Origin: Fibrobacteria bacterium
GTDB taxonomy: Bacteria; Fibrobacterota; Fibrobacteria; UBA11236
Assembly: GCA_050486505.1 (NCBI GenBank)
Contig: JBJHDK010000012.1
Span: 1-47,018, forward strand
Direction: 5' to 3'
Length of the DNA: 47,018 nt
Shown: positions 19,140 through 27,446 of the stretch, in pieces
How positions within the stretch are numbered: position 1 is the first letter of the stretch
How the letters are laid out: each line of letters opens with the position of its first letter
Notes under the pieces: model-generated
Databases searched by the model: none
The model's input: only the letters and a program-made list of their open reading frames with translations
Told to the model about the DNA's origin: nothing
Made by a program: the position numbers and the translations under genes

Positions 19140-19906
19140 GCGGCTTTCTGACGTGGCCTCTCGCAGCCATTACCGGACTCGTCGTGGGCAGTTTTGTGGG
19201 CGCCGTCGCCTACCGCTTGCCGCGAGGCATCTCCGTGGTGTGGCCTCCGTCCGCCTGTCCCGAATGCACCATGCCGTTACGCTCGCGTGACCTGGTTCCC
19301 GTCGTGAGCTTCCTCGCCACCCGCGGCCGGTGCCGCTATTGCAGCCTCCGCATCCCGCTCCGGTATCCCTTGACGGAGCTCGCGACGGGGGGACTCTTTG
19401 TCGCATCCTACCTGTTATCAACAGGCTGGCTTTCGTTTGCGGTGGGAGCGGCGTTCTTTACGCTTTTGATCATGATGTTCCTCATCGATCTGGAGCACAT
19501 GCTCCTACCCAACGCAATCAATATCGCCGGGATCGCTTTGGGCCTGTCCGCCGCCGCACTGGGCTGGACGGGCATCTCCGTGCAGGAGGCCCTTTGGGGC
19601 GCCGCTTTGGGTTACGGGATAATCTATGTCGTTGTGCTCGCCAGTCGCGGCGGGATGGGCATGGGGGACGCCAAGTTTCTCGCGCTCATCGGCAGCTTCG
19701 TCGGCCCCCAAGGCGTCATCGTGACCCTGTTTGGCGCCAGTCTGGTCGGCGCCGTCGTGGGCATCTCGCTCATCGGGCTGGGTCGCCACGAGCGACGCCA
19801 ACCCATGCCGTTCGGGCCGTATCTGGCTGGCAGTGCGATGGTCGTGTGGATTTTGTTGAACAATCAAGGCCTTAAGTCCCTTGTCCCGTCTGTGATTGCG
19901 GGATAG
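19136..19906 (+). CDS. pilD: Prepilin peptidase (A24A)
   Basis: 'SACPEC...GRCRYC', 'IDLEHMLLP', 'GMGMGDAKF', 'PFGPYL'; ATGA-coupled to the LuxR gene. Confidence 0.95.
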   Translation: MSGFLTWPLAAITGLVVGSFVGAVAYRLPRGISVVWPPSACPECTMPLRSRDLVPVVSFLATRGRCRYCSLRIPLRYPLTELATGGLFVASYLLSTGWLSFAVGAAFFTLLIMMFLIDLEHMLLPNAINIAGIALGLSAAALGWTGISVQEALWGAALGYGIIYVVVLASRGGMGMGDAKFLALIGSFVGPQGVIVTLFGASLVGAVVGISLIGLGRHERRQPMPFGPYLAGSAMVVWILLNNQGLKSLVPSVIAG

Positions 19907-19998
19907 ACTTCGTAACATCCGCCACCCCCAGGACCAATGACGGACGTGGGAGCCGGCGGCAACCAACAGGTATGGAAATTCTCAAAGGAGTTAGACAC

Positions 19999-20526
19999 AT
20001 GGAAAAGACGCAAGACAAAAAAGTGTTCCCGATCGCATGGATCCGGGAAAAATTGTTCAAGAAGGCCGCCACACACGGTGACCAAAAGGGATTCACCCTC
20101 GTCGAGTTGCTGATGGTCATGCTCGTCATCAGCATCCTCGCCGGGATCGGCTTTTCGGGGATGAACGTGTTGCAGACCCGCACTCTCATCACCAAGGCCG
20201 ATACGTACTGGCGAGTGCTGGATGCGTCCGTCCAGATGTTCGCCGCGGAGGGTAACGCGGTTACCGGGGGCATGAGTATTGCGCCGCTTGGTCCCAATTA
20301 TATCGATTCTACGGAAGCACCGTGGCAAGCGACCATTGCAAATGATTCAACCGCCAACGTCTGGACAGGCAGCGCATGTGGCGACCCGGCAAATGCGAAC
20401 TACTTCGATGCCGGCAATCCTCGTCCGACGGTCGAGTCCGTGTACTACTGCATCGATGATGATGCCCGCGTCAGGGTTTGGGTTGCTGATTCAAGGCGCA
20501 CCGGTGCCGCCACGAACAACCCGTAA
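19999..20526 (+). CDS. pilA: Type IV pilin, probably the major pilin
   Basis: AGGAG SD; 'QKG|FTLVELL' class III signal, hydrophobic helix, two C-terminal Cys. Confidence 0.85.
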   Translation: MEKTQDKKVFPIAWIREKLFKKAATHGDQKGFTLVELLMVMLVISILAGIGFSGMNVLQTRTLITKADTYWRVLDASVQMFAAEGNAVTGGMSIAPLGPNYIDSTEAPWQATIANDSTANVWTGSACGDPANANYFDAGNPRPTVESVYYCIDDDARVRVWVADSRRTGAATNNP

Positions 20527-20634
20527 CGAAACCTCTGGTGATTCCGGATTCCGGCCCTTCATCGGGCCGGATAGCTGGATAGCCGGATAGCTGATTGCCG
20601 TTCGTGTACGGACGCCGCGGCAGGGGCGCAATTG

Positions 20635-20664
20635 GCAGGGGCGCACTTAACGGTGCGCCCCTGC
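20635..20664 (+). terminator. 12-bp GC-rich hairpin between pilin and pilB (partial terminator, stabiliser or REP-like)
   Basis: GCAGGGGCGCAC-TTAACG-GTGCGCCCCTGC; no U-tract. Confidence 0.5.
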
Positions 20665-20721
20665 TGCACCTCAAAAAACCCTGAGGTTCCTCAACCGGGT
20701 TCAAATTAGGGAGCGTGGTCA

Positions 20722-22752
20722 ATGGCGATCAAGCGTTTTAGCAATGTCCTCACCGATATGGGACTCGTGGACCGGGCTCAGGTCGACGAGGCTTTGGCGT
20801 TACGGAAGAAAACCGGTCGCCATCTGGGCGAGATCCTCATCCAACTCGGCTACCTGACCCAGGATCAAGTGGCGGATGCCCTCGCCGCCCACACGGGTGT
20901 CCCGCGGATCGACCTCGACGAAGTCACCATTGCGCCCGGGATCCGGGAGCTTGTCCCCGAGGAGTTGATCACACGGCACCGCGTCCTGCCTCTCGGGCTC
21001 GAGGGCGCTGCGCTCAAGGTCGCGATGGTCAACCCTTTTGACTTCGTCGCGCTCGACAGCGTAAGGGCGGCGACACGACTCGACGTGATCCCGACACTGA
21101 CGACCGAGGAACAGATCGCCAGGGCGTACGACCGCCACCGCCTAAAGGCTTCGGCCCAGCTCGTCGTGGAGGAACTGGGCTTTGAGGAGGAAGACGAAGA
21201 AGACCCCGGCATCCTCGATGACGTCGGAGAGTCATCCCGCGTCAAGGTCGTCAACATGATCATCGTCCAAGGCATCCGGGACCGGGCCTCCGACATTCAC
21301 ATCGAGCCGCAGGAGAATCAGATCCGCGTCCGCTACCGCATCGATGGCCACCTCCGGGATGTGATGGAGTTTCCAAAGCGCTTGCGCAACGAGATCGTCG
21401 CCCGGATCAAGGTGATGGCGGAACTTGACATCACGGAACGGCGACGACCCCAGGATGGTCGTTTGCGTGTGAGTTACGACGGCGCCTCCATCGATCTCCG
21501 GGTATCGTGCTTGCCGACCATTTACGGCGAAAAGGTCGTGCTCCGGGTGTTGAGCCGGACGGAAAATGCCGTCACGATCGATAATATGGGGTACCATCCC
21601 GTCAACCTGGCCGCGGTCAACAAAATGCTTTCCCGGTCCGAAGGGATCATCCTGGTGACGGGTCCCACCGGAAGCGGCAAGACCACGACCCTTTACTCCT
21701 TTTTGCAGCAACTCAATCAGACCAACCGCAACATCATCACAATCGAAGACCCCGTCGAGCTGCGCATGGGCGGGATCACGCAAATCAACGTGAACACCCG
21801 GGCGGGCATGACGTTTGCGTCGGCTCTCCGCTCGGTCCTGCGGCAGGATCCCGACATCGTCATGGTCGGCGAAATGCGCGATCATGAGACGGCCGAAATC
21901 GCGGTTCGAGCCGCACTCACCGGCCACCTCGTGCTGAGCACCCTTCACACCAACAACGCCGCCGCCACCTTGGGCCGTTTGATCGATATGGGGATCGAGC
22001 GCTTTCTCCTTTCCGACACGGTGATCGGGATCGTCGCGCAGCGGTTGGTGCGAAGCCTTTGTGCCAACTGCTCGGAGCCGGATCCGGAAGGGATGGAGGC
22101 CGTTGCGAATTGGCTTGCCGATGTCCCCAAGACGGCCAATATCAGGCGCGCGCGAGGCTGTACGGCCTGTGGCAACACGGGTTTTCGCGGCCGAATCGCC
22201 GTGGAGGAAGTCTTGTCTCTCAATGGCGAATTGCGGCGGATGATTCGAGGCGGCGAGTCGGAGAACGATATTGAAGAAGCTGCGGTCCGCACAGGCATGG
22301 TCCGGATGAAGGACGCCGCGCTGCAGCGGGTGGTGGACGGAAAGACCACCTTGGACGAGATTCGTGGCCTCCTGTCATCGGAGGAATCGTGCACTGCGGT
22401 CCTTCCCGGTACGCGTGAGATGCCGGCGGCCGAAAAGGAATCGGAAACGGAAGTCGTAACCGAACCGGACGAGGAACTGGCGAGCGACCAGAACCTACCG
22501 GAGTCGATCGCCCAACTGATCGCGGCTCTGTCGCGTCAAGGGGAAAACGCCGACGAGCAAGCTCATTCGGTTGCTGTCTCAGTCAACGGTCAACACGGCG
22601 CCAACGGCCAAATTGGGGCTTTCACCGCGCATTCAGGCCACTTTGCACCACAGGCGGCACAGGGGCATTTCGGTCAGCAGACGCCACCAACACCACTTCA
22701 GACACCATGGAAGAGACGGAGCATCGCCAATGGATTCCCTGGCACTTCTTGA
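20722..22752 (+). CDS. pilB: Type IV pilus assembly ATPase PilB/GspE family
   Basis: MshEN-like N terminus, 'ASDIHIEP', 'GPTGSGKTTT', 'TIEDPVE', 'LRQDPD', 'TGHLVLSTLH', CxxC...CxxC. Confidence 0.95.
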   Translation: MAIKRFSNVLTDMGLVDRAQVDEALALRKKTGRHLGEILIQLGYLTQDQVADALAAHTGVPRIDLDEVTIAPGIRELVPEELITRHRVLPLGLEGAALKVAMVNPFDFVALDSVRAATRLDVIPTLTTEEQIARAYDRHRLKASAQLVVEELGFEEEDEEDPGILDDVGESSRVKVVNMIIVQGIRDRASDIHIEPQENQIRVRYRIDGHLRDVMEFPKRLRNEIVARIKVMAELDITERRRPQDGRLRVSYDGASIDLRVSCLPTIYGEKVVLRVLSRTENAVTIDNMGYHPVNLAAVNKMLSRSEGIILVTGPTGSGKTTTLYSFLQQLNQTNRNIITIEDPVELRMGGITQINVNTRAGMTFASALRSVLRQDPDIVMVGEMRDHETAEIAVRAALTGHLVLSTLHTNNAAATLGRLIDMGIERFLLSDTVIGIVAQRLVRSLCANCSEPDPEGMEAVANWLADVPKTANIRRARGCTACGNTGFRGRIAVEEVLSLNGELRRMIRGGESENDIEEAAVRTGMVRMKDAALQRVVDGKTTLDEIRGLLSSEESCTAVLPGTREMPAAEKESETEVVTEPDEELASDQNLPESIAQLIAALSRQGENADEQAHSVAVSVNGQHGANGQIGAFTAHSGHFAPQAAQGHFGQQTPPTPLQTPWKRRSIANGFPGTS

Positions 22753-23758
22753 AAAAGTTGTCAAACTCGGTGCGTCGGACCTGCATCTCACCAACAAGAT
22801 CCCGCCGACCGTCCGCCTGCACGGACGCCTGCACCCACTCGAGGGGTACGAACCGATGACGCCGGAATCCATCGAACGTCTCGCCGAGGCGTTGACGACG
22901 CAGGAGCTTCGCCAACGGTTCGCGGAGGACGGCGAATTGGACTTCTCCTACGGCGCGGAGGGGGTCGGCCGCTTCCGCTGCAACCTTTTCCGGCAGCGCG
23001 GCTGCCTGGCGCTCGTCTTGCGCGTGATCAACACCGTGATCCCATCGTTTGAGGACCTTGGCCTCACGCCTGTCATTCGCAACATCTGCCAAAAAAAGGA
23101 CGGACTCGTGCTCGTGACGGGGCCGACCGGTAGCGGCAAGTCGACGACGCTTGCGGCGATGATCGACTGGATCAACCGGCACCGACCGGAAGTGATCATC
23201 ACGTTGGAAGACCCGGTCGAGTTTCTTCACGAGCACAAGCGAGGAATCGTCAACCAGCGAGAAGTCGGCAACGACACCAAAGGGTACGCCCTTGGCCTGC
23301 GAGCGGCGCTGCGCGAGGACCCCGACATCATCTTGGTCGGCGAGATGCGGGACCGCGAGACGATCGAGATCGCGCTCAAAGCGGCGGAGACCGGGCACTT
23401 GGTGTTCTCGACGCTTCACACACGAACCGCGGGCAGCACGGTCGACCGGATCATCGATACCTTCCCTCCTCACCAGCAGCCACAGATCCGGACCCAGCTC
23501 GCGGGATCGCTCCAGGCCGTCATTTCCCAGACGCTGGTGGTCCGGAGAGGTGGTAAGGGACGCGTGGCCGCGCGTGAGATCCTCGTGGCGACGCCGGCGG
23601 TGCGCAACCTCATGCGGGAGGGGAAGACGCACCAGATCAACTCGGTGATCGAAACGGGCGCTCGCCACGGGATGCAGACGATGGCGGCAGCTCTGGATGA
23701 ACTCCTAAATCGCGGCCTCATCGACAGAGAAGAGGTCGAGGCGCGCAAGAGCGCCTAG
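22730..23758 (+). CDS. pilT: Type IV pilus retraction ATPase
   Basis: 'ASDLHL', 'GPTGSGKSTT', 'ALREDPD', 'AVRNLMRE' (AIRNLIRE motif), 'GMQTM'. Confidence 0.95.
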   Translation: MDSLALLEKVVKLGASDLHLTNKIPPTVRLHGRLHPLEGYEPMTPESIERLAEALTTQELRQRFAEDGELDFSYGAEGVGRFRCNLFRQRGCLALVLRVINTVIPSFEDLGLTPVIRNICQKKDGLVLVTGPTGSGKSTTLAAMIDWINRHRPEVIITLEDPVEFLHEHKRGIVNQREVGNDTKGYALGLRAALREDPDIILVGEMRDRETIEIALKAAETGHLVFSTLHTRTAGSTVDRIIDTFPPHQQPQIRTQLAGSLQAVISQTLVVRRGGKGRVAAREILVATPAVRNLMREGKTHQINSVIETGARHGMQTMAAALDELLNRGLIDREEVEARKSA

Positions 23759-23769
23759 GGTGATGACCG

Positions 23770-24972
23770 GTGGCGACAGTCTATCAATACAGGGCGTGGG
23801 ATCGCTCCGGCAAGCTCGTCACGGGCACGATCCAAGCCGATCACCCCGACCGGATCTCGGAGCGGCTGCGGGCCGAAGGCTTTTTCCTTTCGTCGCTCAA
23901 GCCGGTCCGCGAGAAAAAACCGCTCTTTCAGCGAACCAAACGCCTGTCGGCGAAGACGCTGGCACTCTTTTGCCAGCAGTTTTCGATCATGATCAACACC
24001 GGTATGCCGATTGTCAGCTGCCTGCAGGCGCTCAGTGCGCAGATGCCGGACAAGCCCTCCAAAAAGGCCTTGGAGAGCGTCAGTCAGCATGTGGCGGCAG
24101 GCGAAGGGCTCGGCGAGAGCCTGGGAAGCCATCAAAAGATCTTTCCACGGCTCTTCATCGACATGATCGAGCTCGGCGAGGCCTCGGGCAACTTGCCGGA
24201 AATCCTCGATCGGTTGGCGAGTTATTACGAGAAAGATGCGAAGCTCAGAGGCGACGTGAAACAAGCGATGACGTACCCTGCCGTCGTCTCCGCATTTGCA
24301 GTCCTCGCAGTGGCGGTGGTTCTCTTTACGGTCATCCCGACGTTTGCCGACCTCTTTTCGGACTTCGGCGGAGACCTGCCCCTCATCACGCAGCTGGTCC
24401 TGTCGTTTCAAGCGGCAATCGCCGATAACATCGTGTACATGCTTTTGATAATCGTCTTGCTCTTTTTCGCCATTCAACGGTTTGGTCGCACCAAGCGGGG
24501 ACGATGGCAGCTCGATTCGATGATTCTGCGCTTGCCCGTGGCAGGGGACCTTGTTGTAAAAGTGCTTCTTTCCCGCTTTTGCCAGACCCTAAGCCTTCTC
24601 CTCAGCGGCGGCGTGACGGTGATGAGCGCCTTGGAATTCACTCGCAAGGTCGCCGGGAACGTCGTACTGGCGGCCGACATCGCCATGGCGCAGACCGGAG
24701 TCGCGAGCGGACAAGGGATCAGCGAGCCTCTGAGACAGGCTCGTGTCTTCCCCAAAATGCTCGTGGACATCATCGCGATCGGGGAAGAGACAGGGAGCAT
24801 CGAAAAGGTGCTCAGCCAGATCAGCGATTTCTATGACAAAGAAGTGGACCGCGCGGTCAAGAGCCTCACATCGGTGATTGAACCTGTCATTATCGCAGTG
24901 CTCGCAGGAGTGATCGGCATTATTGCGGCCGCTGTCTTTATGCCGATGTTTGAAATCGTCAACGTGGTGTAA
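23770..24972 (+). CDS. pilC: Type IV pilus platform protein PilC/GspF family
   Basis: Two T2SSF repeats ('GEASGNL', 'AMTYP', 'GEETGS', 'IEP'). Confidence 0.95.
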   Translation: MATVYQYRAWDRSGKLVTGTIQADHPDRISERLRAEGFFLSSLKPVREKKPLFQRTKRLSAKTLALFCQQFSIMINTGMPIVSCLQALSAQMPDKPSKKALESVSQHVAAGEGLGESLGSHQKIFPRLFIDMIELGEASGNLPEILDRLASYYEKDAKLRGDVKQAMTYPAVVSAFAVLAVAVVLFTVIPTFADLFSDFGGDLPLITQLVLSFQAAIADNIVYMLLIIVLLFFAIQRFGRTKRGRWQLDSMILRLPVAGDLVVKVLLSRFCQTLSLLLSGGVTVMSALEFTRKVAGNVVLAADIAMAQTGVASGQGISEPLRQARVFPKMLVDIIAIGEETGSIEKVLSQISDFYDKEVDRAVKSLTSVIEPVIIAVLAGVIGIIAAAVFMPMFEIVNVV

Positions 24973-24993
24973 GCGGAGAACGGGAAGGATGAC

Positions 24994-25971
24994 ATGGCCA
25001 ACGTCGCAGTAGGAATCGAAATCAACGGCCGCGCCATGCGCGTCGTTCAGGTGCGAAGGGGTCGCAGGGGCGACACGCTCGAAGGGGCGGCCATGGCGCT
25101 CTTTCCACCGGGCCTGGTCACCCCGGGCGGCGTGCAGGAACCGGAGGCGTTTCGAGAGATCGCCGTCGATGTCCTGGAGCGGGCAAACGCCGAGCGGATC
25201 AACCTCTGCATCTCCGTCAGCAGCGAGAGGGCGGACATTCGCCAGATGCAGCTCCCCCGGATGCCCGACCGCGATCTGCACCGGACCATCCGCAGGGAAT
25301 TGGAGCGATTGGTCCTCTATCAAGACGACTTTCTTTTCGACTATCAGGTGCTGCTCGAGGATACCGAGACCAAGCTGTGCGAGGTGCTGGTCGTCTCGCT
25401 GCCGAGAAATCTCGTCTACTCGATTGTGTCACCGCTCCAAAGCGCGGGTTACCACCCGGAGATCATCGACGTCGGCGGATTTTCCCTGCCGCTCGCGTGT
25501 CCCAGGGACGGCGGGACGGGGTATCTGTTGCTCGGCCCCGATCTGGTCCACATGCTCTTTTGTCAAGGGAGCGAGTACCGGTTGAGCCGACTGGTGTCGC
25601 TCCCGCTAACGGACTTGTTTGAAGACATCGATAAAGATGATTCGCTCGCCGCGACGTCCGAGGACGATGCGACGGAGAGAGAGCCGGCTTCCGCGGAAGG
25701 GATGCCGCACCCCGCCATTCGCACCCTGTGCTCCACCGTGACGCAGACGTTGGAGGGGGCCCAGGACATCAGCGACACGCAGGTACTGATCATCAGCGGG
25801 GAAGGCGCCCAGATCGAGGGGATGGCGACGTGGATCGAAGACGAAACGGGGATTCCGACCGTCCGGGCGAATCCGCTCATCGGGCCCGGCGAGGAGAACC
25901 ACATTGAGGAAGAAGGCGCCGCGTACGCCGTTGCCGTCGGCATGGCTCACCGAGGAGTGACCGAGCTGTGA
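24994..25971 (+). CDS. pilM: PilM-like actin-fold alignment protein
   Basis: 'VGIEING', 'FDYQVL', 'ISGEGAQIEG', 'AVAVGMA'; operon position. Confidence 0.85.
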   Translation: MANVAVGIEINGRAMRVVQVRRGRRGDTLEGAAMALFPPGLVTPGGVQEPEAFREIAVDVLERANAERINLCISVSSERADIRQMQLPRMPDRDLHRTIRRELERLVLYQDDFLFDYQVLLEDTETKLCEVLVVSLPRNLVYSIVSPLQSAGYHPEIIDVGGFSLPLACPRDGGTGYLLLGPDLVHMLFCQGSEYRLSRLVSLPLTDLFEDIDKDDSLAATSEDDATEREPASAEGMPHPAIRTLCSTVTQTLEGAQDISDTQVLIISGEGAQIEGMATWIEDETGIPTVRANPLIGPGEENHIEEEGAAYAVAVGMAHRGVTEL

Positions 25972-26525
25972 TCCGGATCAACCTGTTGCCAAAAGAGGAG
26001 CGCGGGAAAAGCGGCAGCCAAGTGAATTGGGCGCGGATGAACGTCTTTCTGTTGCTCGCCTCGATCTTTTTGATGTCGTTTTTCACCATGTTCAACTACA
26101 TGTTGCTCACCTCGTACCGGGAGCGCCTCGCCAACGTCCAACCGCAGATGGAGACGTTGCGCGCGGCTGAACGCGAGTTGCAGAGGCTCCGATCCACGAA
26201 TAACGAGATCCGGCAGAGCGTGCAGGTGGGCGAACAGCTCTTTGTCCGTTCGGCCAACGACAGCATCCTCGGCCTGATTCAACAGATCGCGCAGGTGACG
26301 CCTCCGGATATCTGGCTGCGACAGTTGCAGTTGAGCGCCGGAAACACTCTCGCCCTCAACGGATACGCCACCCAGGCGGCCGACATCTCGCTTTACCTGA
26401 GCGACCTGCAAAACGTGCGCGGCATTTCAAACATTCAGATCAACGCGCTGAGTCGCATCGGCGACGGTGCTCATGGGATCCGCGTGTTCGGCCTTCACAT
26501 CACGTTGCAACGGGGGGGTGGTTGA
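25968..26525 (+). CDS. pilN: PilN-like protein
   Basis: 'INLLP' PilM-binding motif, TM, coiled coil, 'PPDIWL'. Confidence 0.9.
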   Translation: MIRINLLPKEERGKSGSQVNWARMNVFLLLASIFLMSFFTMFNYMLLTSYRERLANVQPQMETLRAAERELQRLRSTNNEIRQSVQVGEQLFVRSANDSILGLIQQIAQVTPPDIWLRQLQLSAGNTLALNGYATQAADISLYLSDLQNVRGISNIQINALSRIGDGAHGIRVFGLHITLQRGGG

Positions 26526-26526
26526 G

Positions 26527-27441
26527 GTGAAACTCCCCGCGCTCATGCCTCTATTCCTGGGGCTTCCTCAGCGTCTGGATGCAGTTCTTCCCGAGCCCCT
26601 AAAGGGCAAGGGCCGACTGCTCATCATGACCCTCGGCCTTTTCCTGGTGGTGGCCGTCGTCGCCGCGATCAACTGGCGCCTGCATACGACACGGGTCGAT
26701 GTGCAGCGACAGGTCGAAACGCAAGAGCGGGCCGTCGCCCGGATTCCCGGGGTCCGCCAAAACATCAACGAGGAGCTTGAAACCGCCGAGCGGTTGGCGA
26801 GCGAACGAAATACGGTCTACGCAATGCTGCCGGGCCTGACCAACGTGCCTGTCATCGTCCACCAGCTGGAGGTATTGGGGCAAATGTCCGGGGGCAAAAC
26901 CAACCAGGTGGAGTACGCGCCCATGCAGCAGCGGCCTCCGCGGATCGACGTCCAGTTTCGGGTCCGGTTCAGCGGCGACTTCGGAGCTTGTTTGACGTAC
27001 TTGTACAACATCGTGGCGTCGTTTCCCACGATCGCCATCCGACAGGTCGTGGTCGAGCGCCCCGCGAACGAATCGGGCTTGTTATCCCTCAACTTCGAAC
27101 TCGTGCTCGCTGCGCTCGAGAGTCGGGCGAGCAACCTCCCCTCGTGGGATTTTGGGCGGTTGGTTGCGTTCCCGGTCACTCCCCTCGGGCGTCCATTTGA
27201 CGCTCCGGCTCAAGTTTGGAGGGACGGACTGAAGATCGGCGCAGTGCTCCCCGGTTGGACCTTAAAGGGCATCATGTACACCTCCGCCGAGCAGATGGCC
27301 CTCTTTGAAGTGAACGGACGGACGCAATGGCTAAAGGTCGGCGAAGAGATCGACGGCATCGAGCTGGTCAAGGTGACAGAGGGTGTTGTGCACCTCTGGT
27401 CGGCAGGGCGGACATTCACATTACGGTCAGAGGGGCGTTGA
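26527..27441 (+). CDS. pilO: PilO-like protein with C-terminal PilP/GspC-HR-like domain
   Basis: TM, coiled coil, 'LP...VP', 'FSGDF' ferredoxin-like part, then 'LKGIM...ALFEVNG...LKVGEEIDG'; start uncertain (26518-26545). Confidence 0.75.
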   Translation: MKLPALMPLFLGLPQRLDAVLPEPLKGKGRLLIMTLGLFLVVAVVAAINWRLHTTRVDVQRQVETQERAVARIPGVRQNINEELETAERLASERNTVYAMLPGLTNVPVIVHQLEVLGQMSGGKTNQVEYAPMQQRPPRIDVQFRVRFSGDFGACLTYLYNIVASFPTIAIRQVVVERPANESGLLSLNFELVLAALESRASNLPSWDFGRLVAFPVTPLGRPFDAPAQVWRDGLKIGAVLPGWTLKGIMYTSAEQMALFEVNGRTQWLKVGEEIDGIELVKVTEGVVHLWSAGRTFTLRSEGR

Positions 27442-27446
27442 GACCG

